Positions 27,817-38,271 of a stretch of DNA of 64,000 nucleotides are shown one piece after another. The stretch is from NCBI GenBank assembly GCA_001782235.1, contig MFOC01000003.1, positions 47,851 to 111,850 on the forward strand, read 5' to 3'. How positions within the stretch are numbered: position 1 is the stretch's first letter; every line of letters begins with the position of its first letter. The translations under genes were made by a program, and so were the position numbers. The DNA comes from Candidatus Levybacteria bacterium RIFCSPHIGHO2_02_FULL_40_18. GTDB lineage: Bacteria > Patescibacteriota > Microgenomatia > Levybacterales > GWA1-39-11. The notes below the pieces were generated by a model. That model worked only from the letters and a program-made list of their open reading frames with translations, did not search any database and was not told the origin of the DNA.

Positions 27817-28566
27817 TTAATATTGATAATACAGCGAATAAACCGTCAGCTCGGAGTCCGGGGCAACGTCAACAAAAGCGTTTAGTAATTTTCCGGAACC
27901 AAAGAAAGAATCGGCAAGCTGTACTACTCTTGTAGGTAAGCCTGGGGTTGAAACAAATACGTTTTTCCCGTCCGCAGATACAATCAGCCCGAATTTCCTG
28001 AAATCCTCCCCATCTTTACTTTGTGCAATAACGGTGTAAGTTGATTTCCCTTGGCTCCTATATTCAAACACCCAATTGCTGCCTTTATTGTTCGGGTCGA
28101 TGTATCTGAATAAATGAAGCGCCTTATAGCTTTCGTCTGTGTACTTTTTTGAGTTATTGAACGTTATACCACTCCCATCCTTTGAGTTATTCACGCTCAA
28201 TTCCACATCAATTCTTAAAAGTTGTCTTACCTGTACGGAACTGCTTGCGATAGGTTCAAAGAGCATCTCCTCTCCTTTGTTTGTATACTTCTGAAGATTG
28301 TTGGACTGGACAACCGCCATTGTCTTGATAGCCTGATTCTGAGCCGGACTGCCGGTTTCAGATGTACCTCCGAGATTGGAGGATCCAAGATTGCCGGACT
28401 CTTGTTTGGGCAGAAATGAGAGCGCGGGAACAATATCTGAGACAGGTATAATATTGAAGTAATTAAGAGTGGCAAGAATTCCAGCTACAAGAAGTAAGGC
28501 TATTAAGATCTCCGTGAGTCCCGCGCCAAGTATTGAAAGTGAGTTCTTCTTTGAAGAATCGTCCAT
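27817..28566 (-). CDS. Exported or membrane-anchored hypothetical protein. The N-terminus is weakly type-IV-pilin-like.
   Basis: N-terminus SILGAGLTEILIALLLVAGILATL resembles a prepilin helix (G-x-T-E-I-L...). The rest is unassigned. Confidence 0.3.
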   Translation of the reverse strand: MDDSSKKNSLSILGAGLTEILIALLLVAGILATLNYFNIIPVSDIVPALSFLPKQESGNLGSSNLGGTSETGSPAQNQAIKTMAVVQSNNLQKYTNKGEEMLFEPIASSSVQVRQLLRIDVELSVNNSKDGSGITFNNSKKYTDESYKALHLFRYIDPNNKGSNWVFEYRSQGKSTYTVIAQSKDGEDFRKFGLIVSADGKNVFVSTPGLPTRVVQLADSFFGSGKLLNAFVDVAPDSELTVYSLYYQY

Positions 28567-28637
28567 AAAACCATGGTAGGCAAAAGTCTAAGTATTGTCA
28601 ATACCCTATGATCACATCCTATGTTAAACTAACTTAA

Positions 28638-28850
28638 ATGAATCTCAAAGGAATTTTAATTCTTGCTGTGCTACTTACCACCGTTAAATCCGCAATTTTA
28701 ATTAGCGCAAATCTCCTTAAACCTAAGCTCAAATACAACCTCATTTTAATCTCTGTTGATACACTTCGCCCTGACCACATGGGGATCTACGGTTATCCCA
28801 AAAATACCACCCCCAACATAGACACTCCTAATTTCTCTGTGATAATATGA
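28638..28850 (+). pseudogene. Truncated 5' fragment of a sulfatase-like gene (a duplicate of the N-terminus of 29481..30899)
   Basis: MNLKGILILAVLLTTVKSAILISANLLKPKLKYNLILISVDTLRPDHMGIYGYPKNTTPNID matches MKVKLRRIVILAILLISVISAILIGANLLKPKPKYNLILISVDTLRADHMGVYGYPKNTTPNID over about 200 bp, then diverges and stops. Confidence 0.6.
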
Positions 28851-28854
28851 GTTT

Positions 28855-29382
28855 ATGGCTAAAAAATCTAAAAGAGAAAAAGTCTATGCTTTCATCGATA
28901 GCCAGAATTTAAATCTTGGAACTAGCAAAGACATTTATCGCGGCAAGAAAAGAGTTTATAGGGGTTGGAAAATAGACTTTGGGAAATTCAGAAAATATCT
29001 ATCTGATAAATTTCGCATTGAAAAGGCATTCTTGTTTATTGGTTATATTAAGCAAAATGAGAAAATGTATCGTAGGTTAAGGTCTTACGGATATGATCTG
29101 GTTTTCAAACCAACTGTCAGAGATAATCAAGGAAAAGCAAAGGGGAATGTTGACGCAGAACTGGTTTTATATGCCGCAAAAATCGAATTCGACAACTATG
29201 ACAAGGCAATAATTGTTTCAGGAGATGGCGACTTTTATTGTCTGCACGAATATTTAAAGAAGAATAAAAAATTACTGCGAATCATTATCCCTAATGTTAA
29301 GTCAGAATCCTCTTTGTTAAAAACGTTCCAAGAGTATAAGACTTTTATTATTTACGATAGGCAAAAACTGGAGCTTAGGTGA
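28855..29382 (+). CDS. NYN-domain (LabA-like, DUF88) putative RNase
   Basis: VYAFIDSQNLNLG...DAELVLYAAKIEFDNYDKAIIVSGDGDFYCL matches the NYN/LabA acidic-residue pattern. Confidence 0.55.
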   Translation: MAKKSKREKVYAFIDSQNLNLGTSKDIYRGKKRVYRGWKIDFGKFRKYLSDKFRIEKAFLFIGYIKQNEKMYRRLRSYGYDLVFKPTVRDNQGKAKGNVDAELVLYAAKIEFDNYDKAIIVSGDGDFYCLHEYLKKNKKLLRIIIPNVKSESSLLKTFQEYKTFIIYDRQKLELR

Positions 29383-29480
29383 TAAAAGTGGGAGGCGTTG
29401 CTCTATGACACGTAGTCATAGGTTCGTATTCCCCCTCGTGATTGTTTACATAATAACACGAGCTGATTAAAAAATCAAGA

Positions 29481-30899
29481 ATGAAAGTTAAATTAAGGCG
29501 AATAGTAATTCTTGCCATCCTACTTATCAGTGTTATATCCGCAATTTTAATCGGCGCAAATCTTCTCAAACCAAAACCCAAATACAACCTCATTTTAATC
29601 TCTGTTGACACGTTAAGAGCAGACCACATGGGAGTTTATGGCTACCCCAAAAACACTACCCCCAACATTGACAAATGGGCCAAAAATGCCACGGTATTCA
29701 CAAACGCCTATACGATTTTTCCTCTAACTTTTCAGTCATTTTATACCCTATTCACAGGTACAGATGAAGTATTAAAGAATGATTCTTTAGGCTACAGTTC
29801 TTCGGTTACAGAGATTACCCAAGCCTCATCCCCCACCCTTCCTCAAATCTTACAAAAAGCCGGCTTTAAAACTGCAGCATTTGTAACTAATCCAGTGCTT
29901 GATCCACTTGCTACAAACACATTTAAAAACGGATTTAATACTTTTAACAGGTATGATGTGACGGGATTGTCTGAGGGAATAAACCGGGAAAATTCAGGCG
30001 AGTTATTCTTGAAAATCTTTAATTATGATTATGATAATTCAAAAAAAATAACCTCTGATGCCATTTCATGGCTCGCTAAAAACAAGGATTACAGATTTTT
30101 TGCTTGGCTTCATTATACTAATCCTCACCAGCCTTATATTCCCCCGCAGGACGTCGCGTGTCGCTTCAATAAAAGTCTATGTGATAAAGAGTATTTTCAA
30201 GAACTTTCAACGAGCGGAATTCCAAGATGCACTGAAGGAGAAAAAATTCTTGAAGGGGAAGATCTTACAGCCAAAATGGCTCTCTACGATGCAGAAATAG
30301 CTTCATTGGATGAATATATTGGGAAAGTTTTCAAGCAAATTAGCGATCTTGGCCTTGATAAAAATAGCATAATTGTCTTCTATGGTGATCACGGTGAAAG
30401 CTTTGAGCACGGAATTATGAGCCATGGGTATTCATTATATAATACGGACGTAAAAATACCCCTAATAGTAAGGTATCCCGAGGTCACACCAGGGAAAAAA
30501 AGCCAACTTATCGACAACACGGATATCTTACCTACACTTCTTTCAGTACTTGGTGTTAGATTCGACAGGAACAAATTAACGGGGGAAGATTTTGCAAATG
30601 TATTAACAAGCGGCGTGAAGAAAGGCAAAAAAGAGGTTTTTTTCATGACTCCAAGGGATTTTACAAACAAATACGGTGTGACTAATGGGGAAAGTAAATA
30701 CATCTTTTCAAAAGGTGTATACTGCGTTCCCAGAGAGGGAAAGGAAGAACTTTATAATATAGGCGAGGATAAACAAGAGATAAAGAGTATTTTTAAATCA
30801 TCAAATACCCCTCTAAAGGACAGCTTGTTCAAATATTTTGATTTAAAAGGCGATGAGCGCGATGAAGAAATAGATAAACTCAAATCCATTGGGTACTAA
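29481..30899 (+). CDS. Sulfatase-like (PF00884, alkaline phosphatase superfamily) exported hydrolase or transferase
   Basis: N-terminal TM anchor. ISVDTLRADHMGVYGY metal-binding motif. FYGDHGESFEHG. No obvious Cys-x-Pro-x-Arg formylglycine motif was found. Confidence 0.7.
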   Translation: MKVKLRRIVILAILLISVISAILIGANLLKPKPKYNLILISVDTLRADHMGVYGYPKNTTPNIDKWAKNATVFTNAYTIFPLTFQSFYTLFTGTDEVLKNDSLGYSSSVTEITQASSPTLPQILQKAGFKTAAFVTNPVLDPLATNTFKNGFNTFNRYDVTGLSEGINRENSGELFLKIFNYDYDNSKKITSDAISWLAKNKDYRFFAWLHYTNPHQPYIPPQDVACRFNKSLCDKEYFQELSTSGIPRCTEGEKILEGEDLTAKMALYDAEIASLDEYIGKVFKQISDLGLDKNSIIVFYGDHGESFEHGIMSHGYSLYNTDVKIPLIVRYPEVTPGKKSQLIDNTDILPTLLSVLGVRFDRNKLTGEDFANVLTSGVKKGKKEVFFMTPRDFTNKYGVTNGESKYIFSKGVYCVPREGKEELYNIGEDKQEIKSIFKSSNTPLKDSLFKYFDLKGDERDEEIDKLKSIGY

Positions 30900-31897
30900 T
30901 TCGCACCACACGGAATCAATTTATTTTTCATTAAGTAGTCAAATATATCCCGAGCTATCAACTTATGCCCTTTTTTGTTCGGGTGATCATCGAGCAAGAG
31001 GTATTCATCCCAAGAAGGATTGTTACTTCTGTAAAAATAAGTTGTCTTCCTATTTCCGCTAAATTCCGTTATGGCATCTATGTATTGGCTATTGTCCAGT
31101 GAATAATTGCCCAACCCATAGAATACTAGTGAGCCATTATAGTATTTATCAAATTCTTCTAATTTATGCATTTGAAAGTCGAGCGTTTCTCCCTCATCCC
31201 ATTTTTTACGAAATTCATTTATAGCGTAGGTATAAAGAGAAAACCCATAGTTAGAAGAGGCTGGTGTTACCCCCCGTCTTACTAGTTCAGCTGCGCCATT
31301 AGAGAGAGAGGGTCCCAATTCTTCCTCAATATAGCTAAAGTCATTATCGAGAACCATCCAAACAAGCAAGTTCGGATTATATTTTATTCCTCGTATTTTA
31401 AATCGTTCAACTTCATATTGAATATCATAAGCCTGTTCTCCTAAATTTATAACTTCGAATTTCTTATATTTACTACAGCTTAAATTGCTATTTAAAAGAT
31501 CCTCTAATTTTTCTGGCCAAATGTCCGCAGTACTCACATGGAGCCCGTAGGTAAATGAATCTCCCAAAGTTATTATTCTGAATACATTGCTAGCTTTTTT
31601 AATAGAGTAATTAAACCTATCTTTTAATGCGTCTTTATTTACTCCGTTCTCAACCAATCCTGTCCATGAAAATTCGTATGTCAATTTTCTGTCTGGAGCA
31701 GGCTCATGAAAATACTTGAGACCATTAACTTTTGGAAATATCTGGAATTCTTTCTTTATTGGGTTTACTGAGATAGAGGATCCTAAAACCGAACCTCCAG
31801 TGTAAATCTTATAGACTAATATTCCAATTATTATCAATTGGAACAAGATAATATAAGCAGTTATCCTCTTTTTCATCCTACACACAAAGTATAACAA
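30896..31897 (-). CDS. SGNH/GDSL-type hydrolase (membrane-anchored)
   Basis: ITLGDSFTYG GDS(L) block near the N-terminus. C-terminal DDHPNKKGH (DxxH). Confidence 0.5.
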   Translation of the reverse strand: MLYFVCRMKKRITAYIILFQLIIIGILVYKIYTGGSVLGSSISVNPIKKEFQIFPKVNGLKYFHEPAPDRKLTYEFSWTGLVENGVNKDALKDRFNYSIKKASNVFRIITLGDSFTYGLHVSTADIWPEKLEDLLNSNLSCSKYKKFEVINLGEQAYDIQYEVERFKIRGIKYNPNLLVWMVLDNDFSYIEEELGPSLSNGAAELVRRGVTPASSNYGFSLYTYAINEFRKKWDEGETLDFQMHKLEEFDKYYNGSLVFYGLGNYSLDNSQYIDAITEFSGNRKTTYFYRSNNPSWDEYLLLDDHPNKKGHKLIARDIFDYLMKNKLIPCGAN

Positions 31898-31934
31898 AAG
31901 TCTTTATGATCGCACAGAAACGTGGGCTTGTAAT

Positions 31935-33350
31935 TTATGCTGTGGGTAATAACGCTCTCCTTTGGGTGTAGAGCGCAGGTTTTGGAGTCAAATCATCCTG
32001 ATAAGGAGTCGGTTCTGCATTTTTAGCATAGGTTGGAAACTTCGGATCGTTTTGATGAACGGAAAATCTGTCGCCTAATTGAAAATCAACGAACCCTTTA
32101 CAAGCTCCTGAGCTAACTATAGCTTTCGTCACGTTCTCATAAATATCTGCTTGTTTCATAAATCTTTCTCCTCTTGTTCCTAGAAGATTTCTTATGTTAA
32201 CGGCAAATTCCGTTATATAAACCGGGAGTCCATAGCTTTTCAAGGCAGCGGGTATTTGATCCAAAGGCGGAAGATTCGATGCTTCTGTATATGCCTCTAT
32301 TCCAACTCCATCAATTAAATTTCTTGAAGAAAGACGATCAGCTACATCTTTGGTCATTTTATAATTATTACCAAAAACTCCATGGGTAAATGTATGATTA
32401 TCATAATCATTGATAATCAATCTTGCCTCAGGTAGAATTCTTCTTGCCTCTCCAAAAAATTCATCTACGTACCCTATCCCTTTCTTCTGGAAGAAAATGT
32501 CATTTTTTGCTCCAACCTCATTTGTAACTACAACAATAGGAGGTTCCGTAAGGTTGGCGTTTTTTACTTCAGTCAAGACAGCTTGGATAGTCTCTTTACC
32601 TCTTAACATTAGTTCATCTGCTGATAAATTCCTCCAACTATTGGGGATATCTGAAAACCAAATTAGCGGATGAATTAGGACTCTCTTTCCATTTTGCTTG
32701 GCAAGTCTTAAGAGCCCGCGTAAAGTTGTAAAGTCGAAAGAACCGTCTGGTGATCGAAGCGAAGATGAACCTGCATAGATACCAACCATTCCATATTCTC
32801 TGTTTAATACTCTTTGAATATTTTCAAAGTCTCCAGGACCCATGTTATTTCCCCCAGCAAAAGCGCCCATTAGAATGTCAGATTTTTGTCCTATATTTCG
32901 AAGTGTTGCCTCCTTCCAAGTGTTCCATTTTGCGTTTTGGTCTTTTTCAGTAATAACTAGAGGAATTCTTGTTGCAGAATCTAAACCTACTACAAAGGGG
33001 GTTCCTTTAAAATCTGTAAATTGACCATATGAGATTTCGATTGCTTCAGGATTGAGTCCGAATGCCCCGGCATAAGGATTCTTCGCTTCCAGCAATAGGG
33101 ATTTGTTTGGGAAAGGCAGGTCCGGAAAACCTTCAATTGAAGGTTCCGCAGTGGCTGATGGGGACGGTTCTGCAGTTGGAGAACTTGGTTTGCCATCAGG
33201 GCCGCAGGCGGCAAGAATTGTGCCCAATACTACTCCCTCACTTAAGAAGATTAACAATCTTCTTTTTGTCGGATCTTGAACCCCTTGCTCGCGAAACTCT
33301 TGATCCTCTAGTTCTCTTGGAGTTAAATCTTGTTGCTCAGGCATACGCAT
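31935..33350 (-). CDS. Exported glycoside hydrolase-like TIM-barrel protein (clan GH-A-like)
   Basis: Lipoprotein-like N-terminus (LGTILAACG). Candidate acid/base VVVTNEVG and nucleophile YITEFAVN in a GH5/GH10-like arrangement. Confidence 0.4.
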   Translation of the reverse strand: MRMPEQQDLTPRELEDQEFREQGVQDPTKRRLLIFLSEGVVLGTILAACGPDGKPSSPTAEPSPSATAEPSIEGFPDLPFPNKSLLLEAKNPYAGAFGLNPEAIEISYGQFTDFKGTPFVVGLDSATRIPLVITEKDQNAKWNTWKEATLRNIGQKSDILMGAFAGGNNMGPGDFENIQRVLNREYGMVGIYAGSSSLRSPDGSFDFTTLRGLLRLAKQNGKRVLIHPLIWFSDIPNSWRNLSADELMLRGKETIQAVLTEVKNANLTEPPIVVVTNEVGAKNDIFFQKKGIGYVDEFFGEARRILPEARLIINDYDNHTFTHGVFGNNYKMTKDVADRLSSRNLIDGVGIEAYTEASNLPPLDQIPAALKSYGLPVYITEFAVNIRNLLGTRGERFMKQADIYENVTKAIVSSGACKGFVDFQLGDRFSVHQNDPKFPTYAKNAEPTPYQDDLTPKPALYTQRRALLPTA

Positions 33351-33455
33351 ATGCTTTCCTCCTGCCTATTTAAAACTATAAGCTACCCAATTTTCTCATT
33401 TTTAAACCTGCTTGTCAATAGAAAATAAGGCTTACGACAAACTCTTACTATTTCT

Positions 33456-34412
33456 TTATATCTTCAGTTTTCTAAGAGTTTTGTCTTGAAATAGTCGGTA
33501 AAAACAGATTGAAAAAAGATATAGAAAAAAGGCTGCATATTGAAAAATCGAATTAAAAATAAATCTATGCACTACAATATTTAATTTTTGGGTGTCTTTC
33601 TTGTAGTTGACTAACTTTTGAAGCCCGCTAGCAATATCGGATACTGTTTCATTGGAAGCCAGTTTCTCGCTTGTCAAAAAATTTAAAAAGGCACCTGCCG
33701 CCTCCTTTTTTCCCATAGAGCTTGAATTTCTTGCGAACTCAAACCAAGCTGAAGATGGATGTTTTCTATAATAACCGTAAATGGCGTTTCTATAGGCAAT
33801 TGCTCCATGCGGAAGTAGCGAAAGCCATGTAGGAATATCAACAAACGGGTAAGTCCTGCTGTTTTTAAATCCCCCAATTCGCCTAAGTGCCGCCTTCCGG
33901 ATCACAACAGTTACGGGAATAATATTGCATATGATGTTAAAAAGATCGATAAATTTTTTATCTTTATTAGTTTCACAAAGTATATCCACCCTTTTTTTGT
34001 AAGAGTATACGAAACACTGAATATTATTTTGATTAACTATGACCGCGTCCCCAAAAGAAAAGACTACGCTTTTATCTCTAAAATCTTTCAGCTGTTTTTT
34101 TAGCTTGTCTGCCGGCCAAAAATCATCCCCCTCAAGGATGGCTATGTATTCTCCTTTTGCCCGGGCCAGCGCCTGATTGTAGGTTCTACTCAAACCTTTT
34201 ATTCCCCATCTGGTTCTATGTTTTATGAGTTTTAACTTTTTATTTTCGGTCGTATATCTTCGAACTATTTCGGCAGTTTCATCTGTCGAACAGTCATCCA
34301 CAATAATCATCTCCCAATCTTTATAGCTTTGATTTAAAACTGATCTTATACAATAGGAGATAAACCTTCCATGATTATAGGTAGGAGTTATTATCGTAAC
34401 CTTAGCTTTCAT
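33456..34412 (-). CDS. Glycosyltransferase family 2
   Basis: VTIITPTYNHGRFISYCIRSVLNQSYKDWEMIIVDDCSTDET. EGDDFW DxD motif. Confidence 0.8.
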   Translation of the reverse strand: MKAKVTIITPTYNHGRFISYCIRSVLNQSYKDWEMIIVDDCSTDETAEIVRRYTTENKKLKLIKHRTRWGIKGLSRTYNQALARAKGEYIAILEGDDFWPADKLKKQLKDFRDKSVVFSFGDAVIVNQNNIQCFVYSYKKRVDILCETNKDKKFIDLFNIICNIIPVTVVIRKAALRRIGGFKNSRTYPFVDIPTWLSLLPHGAIAYRNAIYGYYRKHPSSAWFEFARNSSSMGKKEAAGAFLNFLTSEKLASNETVSDIASGLQKLVNYKKDTQKLNIVVHRFIFNSIFQYAAFFLYLFSICFYRLFQDKTLRKLKI

Positions 34413-35538
34413 TAATGCTATTTAGTAAATCCACATATTGATCCAGCATTTTCTTTTCAGAAAAGTCTTTTACCCTTTCAATCGATAGGTTAGAGTATTT
34501 TAAATACTCTTTTCGATCTTCCAAGAGTTTGTTCAAATTATTTTTAATAGCTTTTTTATCTCCTACAGGGACAAGAATTCCATATTTTCCGTTACCCAAA
34601 ATTTCTTTAGGACCGAATGGCGCATCTGTTGAAACTATTGGCAAACCATAAGACATTGCCTCAATGATTCCATAGCCGAACCCCTCTCTTTTCGAAGAAG
34701 ACACGTAAATATCTGCTTTTGATAAAACGTCCTTCACGGAATTTTTCCATCCTAAGAAACTTACCATGGAATCAAGACCTTTGCTGTGGGCTAGATTTTT
34801 CAGCTCCAGTTTTAACGGGCCGTCACCGACTATCCAAAGACGAGCCTGGTTTTTGTCTTTAATCACTCCTGAAAACGCATTTATCAAGATTCCATAATCT
34901 TTCTGCTCAACTAATCTCCCAAGAGTAACTATTGTTTTACGGTCCCAAGATCTTGGGTTTTTACGTTTTCCCAAAGTAATTCCGTAATTAATAATGTCTA
35001 TTTTCCTATTTATTTTGAACCCTCGTTTAAAATTTTTCCCTAAATCTTTCGATATAAAAACCAGTCTGTCCGCTTTATTATAAAAGAACGTAATTAACCT
35101 CGAGATAAAAAGTCGCAGAATATGACTGCTTTTTGCACTAAGCGTATCCTCCAAGTTTATATGGGTGGTTAGAATAACATTAAATCTTCCAAGAAAAATA
35201 GCCTTTATAATCGAGACTATTAAATTTGCATGAACATCTACACTGAGAACTAGCTGTGGACTTAACTTGTTAATTTCTCGTTTTATTTTAAATATCTCAG
35301 TAAAAAAATTATAGCTATGAGAAAGGTTCAATTCATATTTTTGAGGATAATAATTACTCGAATGAAGAAATTTGATTTTGGATTTTTTTACTCTTCTATA
35401 GGATGGTTTTTCAAGAACTAAAGCTTTTATTTCAATATTAGGATCGACATCTTGTATTTTTAGAAGGCTCAAAAGGAATGTTCCTGTTCCACCATCTATG
35501 CTTTTTGCAACTACTAAAATTTTCTTTTTTTTATTCAT
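34402..35538 (-). CDS. Glycosyltransferase family 4 (GT-B, group 1)
   Basis: C-terminal REGFGYGIIEAMSYGLPIVSTD (E-x7-E motif). Confidence 0.8.
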   Translation of the reverse strand: MNKKKKILVVAKSIDGGTGTFLLSLLKIQDVDPNIEIKALVLEKPSYRRVKKSKIKFLHSSNYYPQKYELNLSHSYNFFTEIFKIKREINKLSPQLVLSVDVHANLIVSIIKAIFLGRFNVILTTHINLEDTLSAKSSHILRLFISRLITFFYNKADRLVFISKDLGKNFKRGFKINRKIDIINYGITLGKRKNPRSWDRKTIVTLGRLVEQKDYGILINAFSGVIKDKNQARLWIVGDGPLKLELKNLAHSKGLDSMVSFLGWKNSVKDVLSKADIYVSSSKREGFGYGIIEAMSYGLPIVSTDAPFGPKEILGNGKYGILVPVGDKKAIKNNLNKLLEDRKEYLKYSNLSIERVKDFSEKKMLDQYVDLLNSINES

Positions 35539-35541
35539 ATT

Positions 35542-36822
35542 ATGCTCTGTTATAATTACTCCATGTTGAAAAAAGAATGGGCGATATCAACCTTTATAAT
35601 TGCAGTATTCCTATTAAGAATTCCCCCTCTATATTTTACCGGCATTAAGAATATATTTCTCACCACACATTCTATAGTGGTTTTAACAATTCCCCTGATT
35701 TTTCTTTACTTGTTTTCCCAAAGATTATACTATAAAAAGAGACTACCCTATTTAAATACTCCCGAAGCTTTATTTGTAGTTATTTTTTTTGCAACACAAT
35801 CTTTGTCTATATTTGGGGCTTCAAATGTTGAAATTTTCCTTCAGAGATACGTAAAGATTATTTTTGGGATTATTGTCTTTATTGCGGTTAAAGAACTCGT
35901 TGCAATAGATAAAAAGATAATCTACAAAGTCCCTATAGCAATTATAGCGGGCGGTTTAATAACATTTGGACTACAGTTGATACTCTTTTTTGCACCTGAT
36001 GTCTATTTCCAATTAGGAGAAACTCTGATTTATAAAAACGTTTACAGCATTACTATTACTAACTTCTCCGTAGGAAAAATCTTTGATGACTCTTTCCTTC
36101 AAACGGTTACCCCCTTTATTATTTATTACCTTGCTTCCAGTAAAAATAAACTTATAATTCCTGTTTTGGTTTCTGCAATGGTGGGAATGGGAATGGTAGA
36201 TTTTGCTTCTAACTTTAGATATAGGGTCATAGCATATGTTGTCTCTCTTGCATCTTCTCTTGGCCTTATTTTTAGGTTCAAAAGAAATTTAATAATTGTT
36301 ATCGGTATAGTTTTTTTAATATTTTTAGTGCTACCTAATGTCGATAAATACTTGAGGCAAAATGTGGGTTTCAGTTTCGTTGATAGAATATTACTGGAGA
36401 GTGAAACTAGAGATATTGCTAGCATCGAATGGCGGCTTAGTGCTTTTGAACAGTCGATACAAATGGCAAGCACGAATATTTTTGGGGTGGGACTTGGTAA
36501 TTTTTTTGATAAATCTCAATTTGTAAACATCCCAAAAACTAACTTTCCCAACTATACTATCACTATTGAAGCTTTGAAAGCCGGGCCTCACAATATATTC
36601 TTTCAGATATTGGCAGAGACAGGACTTCCGGGATTAACATCGCTTGTGATTCTACTTGCATATTTTGTCCGTAAAGACCTGCATATAATCAAAGATAAAA
36701 TGAGCGGGATAAAAACCGCTTATGTGCTTGGTTTTTGGACTCTAATTTTGATAGGTCAGTTTTTCCCAACAAATAATTTTACTTTTTTTACACTTTTCTT
36801 CCTTTTTAGAGGCGCTCTATAG
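35542..36822 (+). CDS. O-antigen ligase/polysaccharide polymerase-like membrane protein (second paralogue)
   Basis: Multi-TM. KAGPHNIFFQILAETGLPGLTSLVILLAYF ligase loop. The true start may be an internal Met, because the listed start abuts the divergent GT4 start. Confidence 0.55.
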   Translation: MLCYNYSMLKKEWAISTFIIAVFLLRIPPLYFTGIKNIFLTTHSIVVLTIPLIFLYLFSQRLYYKKRLPYLNTPEALFVVIFFATQSLSIFGASNVEIFLQRYVKIIFGIIVFIAVKELVAIDKKIIYKVPIAIIAGGLITFGLQLILFFAPDVYFQLGETLIYKNVYSITITNFSVGKIFDDSFLQTVTPFIIYYLASSKNKLIIPVLVSAMVGMGMVDFASNFRYRVIAYVVSLASSLGLIFRFKRNLIIVIGIVFLIFLVLPNVDKYLRQNVGFSFVDRILLESETRDIASIEWRLSAFEQSIQMASTNIFGVGLGNFFDKSQFVNIPKTNFPNYTITIEALKAGPHNIFFQILAETGLPGLTSLVILLAYFVRKDLHIIKDKMSGIKTAYVLGFWTLILIGQFFPTNNFTFFTLFFLFRGAL

Positions 36823-36863
36823 GCTTTGCTGTTCTGAATCCATACAGTACACTACAATATCTA

Positions 36864-36977
36864 ACTCTCTTTTGGCTTTTGAGGGCACTTATTGAAAAAT
36901 CACCAAAGTTAAGATCGCGTGATTCATTCAATCTTACTGACAATGTAATTATCAAAGACAAAGTTGGGGGTTGAAAT
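36864..36977. repeat. 114-bp direct repeat R1 (left boundary of a 5.6 kb cassette). Its last ~55 bp are a 3' gene remnant that, on the minus strand, encodes ...STPNFVFDNYIVSKIE*
   Basis: About 95% identical to 42610-42723. The core tactgacaatgtaattatcaaagacaaagttgggggttgaaa is also related to 47548-47599 and 48606-48660. Confidence 0.7.
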
Positions 36978-37017
36978 GCTTATATTTCTACCGGAACATA
37001 GTGTTATTATTAATGCG

Positions 37018-37191
37018 TGGCTAAAATAATTTACTACACAACAGCAGAAGGCGAAAATCCGGTTAGCTACTTCTTCGACTCTTTAACCAAACGACAACAG
37101 AGTAAAATACTCCGAATAATAGAGGTTATTGAAAACTATGGTTTAATGAGCGTAATTCCACATATTAAAAAACTTTCAGGGAGGTAAAACC
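37018..37191 (+). pseudogene. Truncated phage Gp49-like (HigB/RelE-type) toxin N-terminal fragment
   Basis: GTG-initiated ORF VAKIIYYTTAEGENPVSYFFDSLTKRQQSKILRIIEVIENYGLMSVIPHIKKLSGR* resembles the Gp49/DUF891 N-terminus but ends before the conserved LYELR block. Confidence 0.35.
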
Positions 37192-37245
37192 CTAGACTTC
37201 TTCTTGGCTTCGTAATTCCTTTTATATCTGACTAATTTGATATAA

Positions 37246-38271
37246 TTGTCTACGCAAAAACATAATTTTTTTATGTTTGCAACTTTTATGGAGAAAGAGG
37301 CTATAAAATCGTCCTTTTTACCTTATCCTGACATTCCTCCTATTATCGAACTTGACCCATTCCTAGCAACCTTGCGTAAAATAGAAAAAATTACTCCCCT
37401 TTATGACGGGGTCGCTCATTGTCTATTTCGAGTTCAAGCTGATGGAAAAAGCTTTTTTTTGAAAATCAGAGGTGATCACTTTCCAAGAATACCTGAGATA
37501 ATTACAAATCCAGAAGATATTAAAAATGAATATAAAGCGCTTAGCATATACGGTTCTTTGCTGCCGGATAATTTTCCTCAAGTCGTCTCATTCAATAATA
37601 ATGCTCATTATCTAATAACATCAGATGCTACATTTAATGGTGAGCTTTTCTTAGAAACTTTAGTAAGAGGAGATGTTACAAGAGAAATAGCCTTTAGTCT
37701 CGGACGCACGTTAAGAAGTATTCACGATTCCACAGGTCAACATACGGAAGACCTAAGAAGCGAGGGAGATAGTTTTCATTATGATCAAAAGTTACTGCAT
37801 AGATTTGGATTCCTTCGAAATGTTGGCCTTGATGAAATGGTCCAGAGATTAAGACAAGAAGAAAGGCAATTAGTTTTGGGAGACCCCGCTCCTAAAAATA
37901 TTGGAATGAATAATGATGGATCACTTTTTGTATTTTTTGATTTAGAGGATGCGCATCAAGGAAATCCTGTGTTTGATTACGGTTACTTACTCGGTCACAT
38001 TATATTACATAACTGCCTAATGCCTGGAAAAGCAATGGATTTAATTCAAGGGTATACCGGCGGTTATAACGGTCATGCTTATGACGAGGATATGGTTAAA
38101 AAAATAGCGCTGGGAACGATAAGATATCGCTTGGCAGGACGGATTCCTTATGAAGCACCAAATATTCCCTTTGACTTAAGGTCGGATATTTTAGGTAGCA
38201 TTGAAAACTTTCTTTCAGTCGATCTAGGCAAGGTGAATTGGGACTTTATTTTAGCTAATATACCACAATGA
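37246..38271 (+). CDS. Phosphotransferase (APH/choline-kinase-like) family kinase
   Basis: VLGDPAPKNIGMNNDGSLFVFFDLEDAHQGNPVFDYGY matches the Brenner motif and D-x-E region of APH-type kinases. Confidence 0.5.
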   Translation: MSTQKHNFFMFATFMEKEAIKSSFLPYPDIPPIIELDPFLATLRKIEKITPLYDGVAHCLFRVQADGKSFFLKIRGDHFPRIPEIITNPEDIKNEYKALSIYGSLLPDNFPQVVSFNNNAHYLITSDATFNGELFLETLVRGDVTREIAFSLGRTLRSIHDSTGQHTEDLRSEGDSFHYDQKLLHRFGFLRNVGLDEMVQRLRQEERQLVLGDPAPKNIGMNNDGSLFVFFDLEDAHQGNPVFDYGYLLGHIILHNCLMPGKAMDLIQGYTGGYNGHAYDEDMVKKIALGTIRYRLAGRIPYEAPNIPFDLRSDILGSIENFLSVDLGKVNWDFILANIPQ

